Below, piece by piece: positions 50,838-60,108 of a stretch of DNA of 64,000 nt. The stretch comes from Candidatus Poribacteria bacterium (GTDB taxonomy: Bacteria; Poribacteria; WGA-4E; WGA-3G). The stretch is from contig CBDBFU010000004.1 in assembly GCA_965205025.1 (NCBI GenBank), forward strand, positions 1-64,000. The letters run 5' to 3'. The notes beneath the pieces were generated by a model that was not told where the DNA came from, did no database searches, and saw only the letters and a list, made by a program, of their open reading frames with translations. Position 1 is the stretch's first letter. Every line of letters begins with the position of its first letter. The translations under genes were made by a program, and so were the position numbers.

Positions 50838-52832
50838 ATGCATTCAAGCAATTCGCTATATTTCTCAGGAGTAAATCGTCTTCAAAATTATGTTTCAGTA
50901 ATATTGGTGAATTTATTCGTTGGAATGATTTTTTCCGTATCACCTATTATCGCAGAAATTGAATCCAATTCCTCAGAAGATATTGCTGTTGAATTAGATC
51001 CTGTGGTCGTTACAGCAACAAAAACACCGCATCGTCTATCAGATTCACCTGTTATTACAGAACTAATTACTCGCGAAGAAATTGAAGCAACTGGCGCAGA
51101 AAACGTTGGTGAAGTATTAGAGTACAAATCAGGGGTAATCATACATCGAGATGGACATGGGGATGGTGTACAACTTCAGGGACTTGATTCTGAGTATGTA
51201 TTAATTCTCATAGATGGTGAACCACAGATTGGACGTATAGCTGGCAAACTGGATTTGGCACGACTCAGTATTGAAAATGTCGAAAGAATTGAAATAGTCA
51301 AAGGGGCAACTTCATCACTATTTGGCAATGCTGCACTCGCAGGAGTCATAAATATAATCACTCGAAAAGCTACCGGACCATTGGCAATTCAAATCTCTCA
51401 AAATATAGAACAATACAATAATTATGATAGTAGAGGAACTATTGAATTACATCAAGGGAATCTCAATGGGTTACTTTCATTAAGTGCCAATAGCAGAAAT
51501 CCTATAGATTTTGATACATCTGATCTTACAACAACAATTGACGGATATGCCAATATCACAGGTTCATTACGCACAGAATATACCGTAACACCTACTACAA
51601 ATATACTGTTATCAGGACAATACTTTATTCAAGACCAAGAAGGTATTAGTGAGAACGGTCCAATTGTATTTGACAGACTGGGTGATATCGAGAACATAAG
51701 TGCAACTTTAGGTATAATACGAGAATTTGACTTTGTGAGTATTGAAAATGTGGCTACTTCATTTTTCACAGGGAAAATATATTTAACACGATATGATGAT
51801 GTATCTACAGTAATCAATAGGAATACAGAGGAAACAACATCACAAAATATTAATATCCAAGATCTTATCAAAGGTGAAATCCAATTCGACACAACACTAT
51901 GGCAGAAACATCAATTGACCTTTGGTAGTGAGATAATTCTTGAGAATTTACAGTCGCAACGTATAAATGGAGGCGAACGTGAAATACTAACAAATTCGCT
52001 CTTCCTACAAAATGAGTATAGACCCTTCACTCCGGTTGCTGTTGTCATCGGAGGACGTTTAGATCATCACTCAGAATTCGGTAGTCATTTCAGTCCAAAA
52101 TTGAGTTCGTTGTATAAAATCACAGATAATCTTCGGATACGTGCTTCCTATGGACAGGGTTTTCGAGCACCAGATTTTAAGAATCTATATCTCAACTTTA
52201 CAAATGTCACATCCGGATATCAGGTATTAGGAAATGCATACCTACAACCCGAATCATCACATAACTGGAATATCGGGATTGACTATCATTTCTCAAGAGT
52301 CCTTATGGGTAGAATACACATGTATAGAAATGACTTACATAACCTGATTGAGGCAGAACGTATAGGTCAGAGTGTGTTAGGTGGAAGTAAATTTGAATAC
52401 CAAAATATTAACCAAGCATATACAGAAGGTGTTGATGTTGAAATCCTGTTAGGTAGTCTTGGGGGGTTCACATCAACAGTGGGTTATGCCTATCTCAGAG
52501 GGGCAGATAAAAACACAGGACTTCCTCTGCTCAACCGTTCTACACATAGCACAACCCTTAAATTTTCATATTTCCATCTCAAAAGTGGTTTTCGTGTTGA
52601 CTTACGTGGCCGATATGCAAGCAAATGGGGTTTCTATGATGATGGGGACAAAATACTTGAACCCGAAGAACTCGCCCCAAGTTACTGGTTATGGAACGTC
52701 CGAACTTCAAAAAGCCTTTTCAAATTGTTAAAAGTTTCAATAGGAATAAACAATGTTTTTGACTTCAAAATTCCCAGATATTATACATTTATCGGCCGTT
52801 CATTCTATGGTGGTTTATCACTGGATTATTAA
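50838..52832 (+). CDS. TonB-dependent receptor, probable heme receptor (HmuR-like)
   Basis: VVVTATKT, LILIDG, ERIEIVKGATSSLFG, GFRAP, GNAYLQPE; adjacent to hmuY genes. Confidence 0.88.
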   Translation: MHSSNSLYFSGVNRLQNYVSVILVNLFVGMIFSVSPIIAEIESNSSEDIAVELDPVVVTATKTPHRLSDSPVITELITREEIEATGAENVGEVLEYKSGVIIHRDGHGDGVQLQGLDSEYVLILIDGEPQIGRIAGKLDLARLSIENVERIEIVKGATSSLFGNAALAGVINIITRKATGPLAIQISQNIEQYNNYDSRGTIELHQGNLNGLLSLSANSRNPIDFDTSDLTTTIDGYANITGSLRTEYTVTPTTNILLSGQYFIQDQEGISENGPIVFDRLGDIENISATLGIIREFDFVSIENVATSFFTGKIYLTRYDDVSTVINRNTEETTSQNINIQDLIKGEIQFDTTLWQKHQLTFGSEIILENLQSQRINGGEREILTNSLFLQNEYRPFTPVAVVIGGRLDHHSEFGSHFSPKLSSLYKITDNLRIRASYGQGFRAPDFKNLYLNFTNVTSGYQVLGNAYLQPESSHNWNIGIDYHFSRVLMGRIHMYRNDLHNLIEAERIGQSVLGGSKFEYQNINQAYTEGVDVEILLGSLGGFTSTVGYAYLRGADKNTGLPLLNRSTHSTTLKFSYFHLKSGFRVDLRGRYASKWGFYDDGDKILEPEELAPSYWLWNVRTSKSLFKLLKVSIGINNVFDFKIPRYYTFIGRSFYGGLSLDY

Positions 52833-52929
52833 GACCTTCGGTAGGACGTGTCATGGCGTTCCTACCGAATAATAGGGCGAAAAAACTACATTCAATAGTT
52901 ATTTGCCTAAACACAAAAGGAGCAACTTG

Positions 52930-53577
52930 ATGAAAAGGTTAATGTGCATACACAACTTCATTCTTAGCACAACCACTCTTTTTATCTTAACATTCAGTAT
53001 TTCACAATTAAATGTAAGTGCTGAAATTAACCACAAATCTTTGACTGTTGATGCGACTGATCGAGAGCAATGGGTATATTTTAACCTGTCTGAATCAGAT
53101 GTTGTTGACATCAAAGATCCAACCACATCCCTCAAATGGGATATCGGATTTAAAAGGACTGCCATTATTACAAATGGTGGTATTAATGGTCCAGGAGAAT
53201 CCGCTACATTGATATTAACTGACACATCCTTTGAAAGTGTTGATGTTGCCCCTGAGGGAGATTACATCTCAGATACCGATCAGATTGCTACATTTGCTCG
53301 TGGTGATGGGTGGTATACCTATACTGGTCCGCCAAATCACTGGATATTGGTAAATGATAAAATCTATATACTACGGACTGCTGCAGGTAATTATGCAAAA
53401 CTCCGTTTTATCGGATATTATGAAAATAATGATACAAAAGAAGGTTCAGGATATATCAGTTTTGAATATGTCCTGCAGAATAATGGAAGTCGATTTTTTA
53501 TTGACATATCCCCAGCTGATATAAACGCTATAAAGAAGTTAACTATCACGTGGGCAGAAGTTAAGAAAAATCGATAA
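52930..53577 (+). CDS. hmuY: HmuY family heme-binding protein with C-terminal KLTITWA motif
   Basis: VDAT..QWVYFNL, WDIGFKR, GWYTY, YILRTAAGNYAKLRFIGYY; tail KKLTITWAEVK. Confidence 0.82.
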   Translation: MKRLMCIHNFILSTTTLFILTFSISQLNVSAEINHKSLTVDATDREQWVYFNLSESDVVDIKDPTTSLKWDIGFKRTAIITNGGINGPGESATLILTDTSFESVDVAPEGDYISDTDQIATFARGDGWYTYTGPPNHWILVNDKIYILRTAAGNYAKLRFIGYYENNDTKEGSGYISFEYVLQNNGSRFFIDISPADINAIKKLTITWAEVKKNR

Positions 53578-53583
53578 GTCTAT

Positions 53584-53617
53584 ATGTGCGAGGAATAACT
53601 ACAACTCCTCGCACATC
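53584..53617 (+). terminator. Stem-loop after first hmuY
   Basis: ATGTGCGAGGA...TCCTCGCACAT. Confidence 0.5.
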
Positions 53618-53700
53618 TCAAATATGTCTTACATTAGTTTCAATAGAGGAATTAAACGAATTATCTAATTTACAACTTATCCCGTAAACAGGAGTGACTT

Positions 53701-53931
53701 ATGGGTCAGAAAACAAAATACCTATCACATGACGAAATCTGTGCAGTTTATTCATGTCTTCAAGGTCATATACACGTTAGATTCCGATCCTTGGATATTA
53801 CAATGGAACCGGAAGAATTTTCTCAATTTACGAGTGTATTGTTTGATGCTTTCAAAACCCTGCGTGAGGCAAACAAACCTATTAACGAAGAGGTTAATTT
53901 GGAAGATATTGAAGTCTTACCTAAAGTCTAA
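53701..53931 (+). CDS. Small hypothetical protein
   Basis: AGGAG RBS, 76 aa, CAVYSCLQGHIHV (possible metal-binding C/H residues). Confidence 0.65.
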   Translation: MGQKTKYLSHDEICAVYSCLQGHIHVRFRSLDITMEPEEFSQFTSVLFDAFKTLREANKPINEEVNLEDIEVLPKV

Positions 53932-53977
53932 ATTTTATTTGACGGTCAAAGTATCGTCCATTAGAGGTTATTTAATC

Positions 53978-54664
53978 ATGGATATTATCAAAGATTACTT
54001 CACTTGGCGAATTGTTGTTTGGATTATGTTATTTCTGGGTATATTCATTCTCTTTAGTTGCAGGGCAGCTGATAACGAAGGACTTGAGCAAGTCCTTATA
54101 GATTCAAAGGCAACCGATGATACAAACAATATTTCTGTAACCCCAGATAATAATGAACCATTGGATGAACCAATTAAGTTAGATACATTGACATTTACCG
54201 TTGATGCAACCAGTAGAGAACAATGGTCATACTTCTCTTTTCAGTCAGGAAATATCGTAGATATTGAGGATCCACTCAATTCGGAAGAATGGGATATCGG
54301 TTTTAAACTAACACAGGTTAAATTAAATGGTGGAGTCAGTGGTCCAGGAATGGGAAGTGTTGTCATGCTTACAGAGACTACCTTTGAAGAGGTAACAATT
54401 GCCCCAGAAGATGGATACCGTTCCGACTCAGAAGACACCCTCGCTATCGTACCACAGAGTGAGAAAGGTTGGTACGTTTATACTGGACCACCTACACATT
54501 GGGTATTACCGCTTGAGGATCGTGTATTTGTAATGAAAACTGCAGATGGTACATATGCGAAAGTTCGTTTCGTTGGATACTATAAAGATAACGAAAAAAA
54601 AGAAGACAGCGGATTCGTTACCTTGGATTATGTACATCAACCAGATGGAAGTCGGAACTTTTAA
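53978..54664 (+). CDS. hmuY: HmuY family lipoprotein
   Basis: Lipobox LFSC, VDATSREQWSYFSF, WDIGF, GWYVYTGPP, KTADGTYAKVRFVGYY. Confidence 0.85.
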   Translation: MDIIKDYFTWRIVVWIMLFLGIFILFSCRAADNEGLEQVLIDSKATDDTNNISVTPDNNEPLDEPIKLDTLTFTVDATSREQWSYFSFQSGNIVDIEDPLNSEEWDIGFKLTQVKLNGGVSGPGMGSVVMLTETTFEEVTIAPEDGYRSDSEDTLAIVPQSEKGWYVYTGPPTHWVLPLEDRVFVMKTADGTYAKVRFVGYYKDNEKKEDSGFVTLDYVHQPDGSRNF

Positions 54665-54871
54665 AATTAATCCATTTAGTGATTAATACATATGTAAGAG
54701 GGAAGAAGCATAGGTCTTTACTTAGTATATACAGAAAAACTGAACAATGAGTTCATGAAGGGTTGGATATGAAACTTGTATAAAACAATATGCTGTAGCA
54801 TATTGGCGCACAAAATCTCCTTAATTAAAACAGATTTCATATCCAATCAATCATCTTCAAGAGGAATAGAA

Positions 54872-55840
54872 ATGGATATAATAAAATCTGATTTGTTCAA
54901 AGTATGGATATTAACTGTTTTCATTTACATTCTATTAACATTTGTACTTTGTTTCGTTGTTGCCGATACACTTGAGGTGACAGATGCAGAGGGCAAAACC
55001 ATCGTTATTGATTCTTCTGCCCGTATAGTAAGTCTAAATGGTAGTACAACAGAGATTCTTTTCGCACTTGGTGTCGGTGAAAAAGTCGTTGGATGTGATG
55101 CTTCATCAACATATCCAAAAGGTGTAAGAGAAAAACTACCAAGTGTTGGATACCAATACGGTCTTAATGCTGAAGGAATCTTATCTTTGAAACCAACATT
55201 AGTCATTGGTAGGAATGATGTCAAACCACCACAAGTTGTAAAACAGCTACGTATGGCAGGTGTAACGGTATTATTGCTTGAGGAGCCTCGTAGTTTTGAG
55301 ACTGCAAAAAAGAGATTACACATTATTGGTAAAGTGGTTGGAAAAGAGAAAAAGGCTAAGGAGTTAATAAAAATATTAGATGCCGATATCAAAAAATTAG
55401 AAACTAAACTTGCATCACGTAAAGATAAAACCAAGCAAAAAGCACTGTTTCTCTATCTCCGTGGAACCCAAACTACATTGGTATTAGGTAAGGATACTGC
55501 TCAAGCTGCAATGTTAGAAATAGTAGGTGCAGAAAACGCTGCAGGTAATATAAAAGGTAACAAACCTATGACAGCTGAAGCGGTAATTGCAGCACAGCCA
55601 GATGTGTATGTATTATTCACAACTGGTTTAGAATCAGTTGGCGGAGTGGAAGGGTTACTAAAATTACCTGGATTAGCTCATACACCTGCGGGGAAGAATA
55701 AACGGGTGGTTGCAATGTCAGGACAGTACATATCTGGGTTTGGCCCTCGAAGTGGTAAGGCTGCGCTTGATTTATTCCAAGGTATCCATGAGGAAGTAGG
55801 AACTTTCATTGCTGAAGGTGAAGAAAGAGAATTAGAATAA
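54872..55840 (+). CDS. hmuT: Heme ABC transporter substrate-binding protein
   Basis: RIVSLNGSTTEILFALG, DASSTYP, VGYQYGLNAEGILSLKP, GFGPR. Confidence 0.9.
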   Translation: MDIIKSDLFKVWILTVFIYILLTFVLCFVVADTLEVTDAEGKTIVIDSSARIVSLNGSTTEILFALGVGEKVVGCDASSTYPKGVREKLPSVGYQYGLNAEGILSLKPTLVIGRNDVKPPQVVKQLRMAGVTVLLLEEPRSFETAKKRLHIIGKVVGKEKKAKELIKILDADIKKLETKLASRKDKTKQKALFLYLRGTQTTLVLGKDTAQAAMLEIVGAENAAGNIKGNKPMTAEAVIAAQPDVYVLFTTGLESVGGVEGLLKLPGLAHTPAGKNKRVVAMSGQYISGFGPRSGKAALDLFQGIHEEVGTFIAEGEERELE

Positions 55841-55854
55841 GAACATTCCAGAAC

Positions 55855-56850
55855 ATGCAAAAACGTACAAAGCTAATTCTATTACTCACCATCTTACTCC
55901 CGGCATCAATTTGTGTTGCAGCTGGAATTGGGGCATATCGTATATTACCATGGAAAATACCAAAAATACTACTCTTCAAAGAGGAAGGTTTTCCAATCTT
56001 GCTATACGTGCGGTTTCCACGCGTCCTGTTAGCTGCTCTCGTTGGTTCTATGTTAGCTATTTCGGGAACTACTCTCCAAGGTATCTTTCGTAATCCACTC
56101 GCAGATCCTGGACTCATCGGAATAACAGCAGGTGCTGGTTTAGGAGCTTCAATATGGATAGTTTTAGTTGGTGGTGGTAAAATAGGGTTATGGGGACTAC
56201 CTATCGCAGCTTTTGGCTGTGGGATGTTTGTAACCTTAGCAGTCTGGAAAGTATCAGAAATACAAGGTAAAGTCCATACTGTAACCTTACTGTTAGCAGG
56301 AATTGCGCTCAACAGTCTCGCCGGATCAGGTATCGGGTTAATGACCTTTCTTGCTGACGATGAACAACTGAGGAGTCTTACTTTCTGGCTACTTGGAGGG
56401 TTTGGCGGAGCAACATGGACGGTTCTATTAGTAACACTACCGATAGGTATTATTGGCTTATTCTTATTATTAGGACAAGGTTCGGCACTCAACACATTAA
56501 ACCTTGGTGAATCTGAAGCATACCATCTCGGTGTTCCCACAGAATCAATAAAACGTGTATCAGTTTTTGGTGTTGCTTTAACTGTTGGAGCAGCGGTTTC
56601 TGCAGCTGGGGGAATTGGGTTTGTTGGACTTGTTGTCCCTCACCTTCTACGACTTTTGGGAGGGGCAGATCATCGGTTTGTCTTACCAGGTTCGGCACTT
56701 GGTGGAGCAATTTTGTTGATTTTAGCAGACCTATTTTCACGGACTATTGTAGTTCCCGCAGAATTACCGGTTGGCATTGTTACTGCACTACTCGGCGGAC
56801 CTTTCTTCTTATGGCTTCTAATCAGATTTAAACGACAGATTCTTCTTTAG
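55855..56850 (+). CDS. hmuU: Heme ABC transporter permease (FecCD family)
   Basis: RFPRVLLA, QGIFRNPLADPGLIG, LGESEAYHLG, IGFVGLVVPH, ELPVGIVTALLGGPFF. Confidence 0.93.
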   Translation: MQKRTKLILLLTILLPASICVAAGIGAYRILPWKIPKILLFKEEGFPILLYVRFPRVLLAALVGSMLAISGTTLQGIFRNPLADPGLIGITAGAGLGASIWIVLVGGGKIGLWGLPIAAFGCGMFVTLAVWKVSEIQGKVHTVTLLLAGIALNSLAGSGIGLMTFLADDEQLRSLTFWLLGGFGGATWTVLLVTLPIGIIGLFLLLGQGSALNTLNLGESEAYHLGVPTESIKRVSVFGVALTVGAAVSAAGGIGFVGLVVPHLLRLLGGADHRFVLPGSALGGAILLILADLFSRTIVVPAELPVGIVTALLGGPFFLWLLIRFKRQILL

Positions 56851-56902
56851 ATAAATGTCAGTAATTGGATTTAAATTTAATTTAGTACATTGAGGTGCTT
56901 TC

Positions 56903-57672
56903 ATGATAGAGCTGGAAGATGTCGGATACAAGGTCAATGAAAAATGGTTAGTCCGCGACATTAACCTTACAATAAAAAACGGTGTGTTTTGGGGATTTAT
57001 TGGACCAAATGGTGCTGGGAAATCAACCCTCTTACGACTAATCTCAGGCGAACTTACACCAACAAATGGTGAAATTCGATTTTTTGGCAAACCAATAAAT
57101 AGTTATCAACCCACAGAACTCGCACGACTCCGAGCATATTTACAGCAACAAAGAGAAGTTAATTTTCCTTTCACTTCATTAGAGATAGTGTTGTTTGGAC
57201 GATACCCATATTTAAATGGAACAAAAGAGTCTGAGAGTGATATAGGAATTGCACGAAAATCATTAAAACGGGTTGAAGCTGAAATGTTTGAAGATAGACA
57301 TTATCCAACCTTATCTGGAGGTGAGGCAGGTCGTATTGACATAGCTCGAATTCTCGCTCAAGCTCCAGGGTTATTGTTATTAGATGAACCAACGAATCAT
57401 CTTGATCCAAGACACCAAGTACAAATATTAAACCTATGCAAAGGTATCTGTGAACAAGGTAAGACCGTAATTACCGCAATACACGATCTTAACCTCGCAT
57501 CAATGTATGCTGATCAAATATTAATGTTGAAAAATGGAGTTTCTATAACGTCTGGTCCTCCAGAAGATGTATTTAAAAAAACATGTTAACCAAAACCTAT
57601 GGTATATCGTTTAATATTCTAAAGCATCCTGATGGATATCCATGGGTGATGCCGAATCTCAATTGTCTATAG
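56903..57672 (+). CDS. hmuV: Heme ABC transporter ATPase (apparent 1-nt deletion in the A run at 57575-57581)
   Basis: GPNGAGKS, LSGGE, LLDEPTNHLD, HDLNLA. The shifted frame continues MLTKTYGISFNILKHPDGYPWVMP to TAG at 57670-57672. Confidence 0.9.
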
Positions 57673-57758
57673 ATTCATTTACTATTATCATCTTTAGATT
57701 TGTTGATTCTATAGATGATTGATTTGCGGACGTTCAACATATTAAGATTGGAGACAGA

Positions 57759-58214
57759 ATGGAACAAGCGAAAATAGATACAATCATAGAGGAACTTATT
57801 AAAGCATATTGGTTAGAATTAGAGGCTACAATTAATTTTTTGGCAATATCCGTTGATTTGGATGGAATCCGAGCGGAAGAGATTAAGAAATCTTTGGCAG
57901 CTGATATTCAAACAGAAATTGATCATGCACAGCAGCTTGCTGCACGTATCAAAGAGATAGGCGGACGTGTTCCGGGTTCATACGATTTTGAACCGAGACA
58001 GGCTTCACTTCAACCACCTGAAGATACAACAGATGTCGTAGTGGCTATACATGGCGTTATTGAGGCTGAAAATAGTGCAATAGAACAATACAACAAAATT
58101 ATCCGTTTATGTGATGGGTTAGACTACGTCACACAAGACCTTTGTATTAGACTTCTTGCAGACGAAGAAACACATCGAAGAGAATTTAGAGGATTCCTTA
58201 AAGAATACGAATAG
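57759..58214 (+). CDS. Ferritin-like (Dps-like/bacterioferritin-related) protein
   Basis: AYWLELE, EIDHAQQLAARI, EAENSAIEQY, DYVTQDL, DEETH. Confidence 0.88.
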   Translation: MEQAKIDTIIEELIKAYWLELEATINFLAISVDLDGIRAEEIKKSLAADIQTEIDHAQQLAARIKEIGGRVPGSYDFEPRQASLQPPEDTTDVVVAIHGVIEAENSAIEQYNKIIRLCDGLDYVTQDLCIRLLADEETHRREFRGFLKEYE

Positions 58215-58234
58215 GATTTCACATTTATACAGAT

Positions 58235-58279
58235 ATAAAAAGAGAGCATCGGATTTATTATTCGATGCTCTTCTTTTAT
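58235..58279. terminator. Bidirectional terminator between convergent genes
   Basis: ATAAAAAGAGAGCATCG...CGATGCTCTTCTTTTAT. Confidence 0.75.
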
Positions 58280-58305
58280 GTTATGTTTTATTGATGTACA
58301 TATTA

Positions 58306-58944
58306 CTATTTCTCAAGCACCATGCTCGATTCTGCTGTACCCGTGGATTTAAGAGTAAGTGTTCCATCAGTCACAGTAAAATTAGTTTTTTCGAATGCCT
58401 TTAGAAGATGCATATTGAACTTATCCATCAGGTCTTTTCTCGCAGCAATTTCTCCACCTTCAGCAAACTCATCCAAAAATTCAGGTGGGCTAGAAATTAA
58501 CTTTATATCTTTTTCCAATGTAATCAAGGATAAGACAGAATTGTTAATCGTATAGTTCCCAGACCATGCACCTGTCACTTCAATCTTACCAGCCTTCTCA
58601 GCGTCCCCTCTATTCGGATCTTCAGGAAAATCAAACATTTCAAATTCAAGGTTTACGATCCAAGAACCCTCATCAGCAAAATCATAAGTAAATACAGATA
58701 TTTCTTCTTTCGGTCTATCTTCTATATCCGGTTCCTCAGCATTAATAAAGGCTAAAGGAGGACCGTCATTGATGGATATAACATCCCAGATGCCAAGTAA
58801 TTCGGTAGGTGCAACCTCAGGTTCCGGTATTACGGGTTCGGTTATCTCCTTATCCGGTTCTACTTCAGCACTTCCACAACCGCTGATGATTAATATAGAT
58901 ATTAAAATTAGTATAAACAGACTTGGATATGTCTTTCTATTCAT
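58306..58944 (-). CDS. Lipoprotein (lipocalin-like beta barrel)
   Basis: Lipobox ISGC, LLGIWDVISIN, GNYTINNSVLSL, DGTLTL. Confidence 0.7.
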   Translation of the reverse strand: MNRKTYPSLFILILISILIISGCGSAEVEPDKEITEPVIPEPEVAPTELLGIWDVISINDGPPLAFINAEEPDIEDRPKEEISVFTYDFADEGSWIVNLEFEMFDFPEDPNRGDAEKAGKIEVTGAWSGNYTINNSVLSLITLEKDIKLISSPPEFLDEFAEGGEIAARKDLMDKFNMHLLKAFEKTNFTVTDGTLTLKSTGTAESSMVLEK

Positions 58945-59028
58945 AATATCCTTAAATAATCTGAAATCTGGATTAAAAGATGCTGTAAATAGGAACTAAA
59001 GAATTAGAATGAAACAGTTAAAGAAACA

Positions 59029-60093
59029 TCACTTTGTCTGATAAACCTTGTCACGGGAATGGAATCCATCCGTAATCACGACTTCATCAAGATTGGCTTT
59101 GTCAACTTGGATTGGTGTAAGTAGAATAGAAGAGACGTCAACTTTTCCATTATTTACTTTCTGCTTCGCTTTTTCAATTGTCTCACCCTTTGCTAAAGCT
59201 ACAGCAGCGATCGCAGCTTCCTTGGCAATGAGACGTATCGGTTTATATACAGTCATCGTCTGTGTACCTTTAACAATCCGTTGACATGCAGCAAGTTCAG
59301 CATCCTGTCCAGAAACAAGTACAGTTCCAGCTAAATTTTGCCCTTCAAGTGCCTGAATCACACCGCCTGCAGTTCCATCATTCGAAGCAACAACAGCATC
59401 TATCTGGTTATTTGTTAGCGTCAATACCTGTTCAGCTTTGTTAAGAGCATCATTCGGATCCCAATTTACCGCCCAATGCTTACCATCTGCAACTAATTTT
59501 ATATCTCCATTATCAATTGCGGGTTGTAAGGCACGGAGTTGACCTTCACGAAGAAGTTGAGCATTATTATCACTGGGGGCACCACCAAGTAAGAAGTAAT
59601 TCCCTTTCGGTTTATGTCGAAGGATATATTCGGCTTGCAAATAACCGACCTGTTCATTATCAAAAGAAATGTAGAGATCAGGTTCACTTTCACGAATTAA
59701 TCGATCATAAGCGACAACTTTAATCCCCTCAGCATGTGCAGAGTTTACTATTTGGGATGCAGCCACACTGTCCTTCGGTATCACAACCAGAACATCTACC
59801 CCTTGTGTGATCATATTCTCTGCCTGTTCGTTCTGTTTGCGCTCATCCCCATCAGCAGATTGTACAATGACTTCTGCACCCAGTTTTTCTGCCTCTTCAA
59901 TAAATATATCTCTATCCTTCTGCCAACGTTCAACACGCAATGAATCCATGGACAATCCAATTTTAATTTTCTGGGATGAGTCATCACAACTAAAGATTAG
60001 AATAGTGCAAAATGCTATCATCAGCAGATGAAATGATAGTTTAAGAACTGGATACTTTGGGATAATCAGACCAAGACTTATTTTTATTTTCAT
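59029..60093 (-). CDS. xylF: D-xylose ABC transporter substrate-binding protein
   Basis: IGLSMDSLRVERWQKDRD, VVAYDRLI, YISFDN, GGAPSDNNA, ASNDGTAGG, SGQDA, TVYKPI. Confidence 0.9.
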   Translation of the reverse strand: MKIKISLGLIIPKYPVLKLSFHLLMIAFCTILIFSCDDSSQKIKIGLSMDSLRVERWQKDRDIFIEEAEKLGAEVIVQSADGDERKQNEQAENMITQGVDVLVVIPKDSVAASQIVNSAHAEGIKVVAYDRLIRESEPDLYISFDNEQVGYLQAEYILRHKPKGNYFLLGGAPSDNNAQLLREGQLRALQPAIDNGDIKLVADGKHWAVNWDPNDALNKAEQVLTLTNNQIDAVVASNDGTAGGVIQALEGQNLAGTVLVSGQDAELAACQRIVKGTQTMTVYKPIRLIAKEAAIAAVALAKGETIEKAKQKVNNGKVDVSSILLTPIQVDKANLDEVVITDGFHSRDKVYQTK

Positions 60094-60108
60094 ACGACTT
60101 CTCCAACG

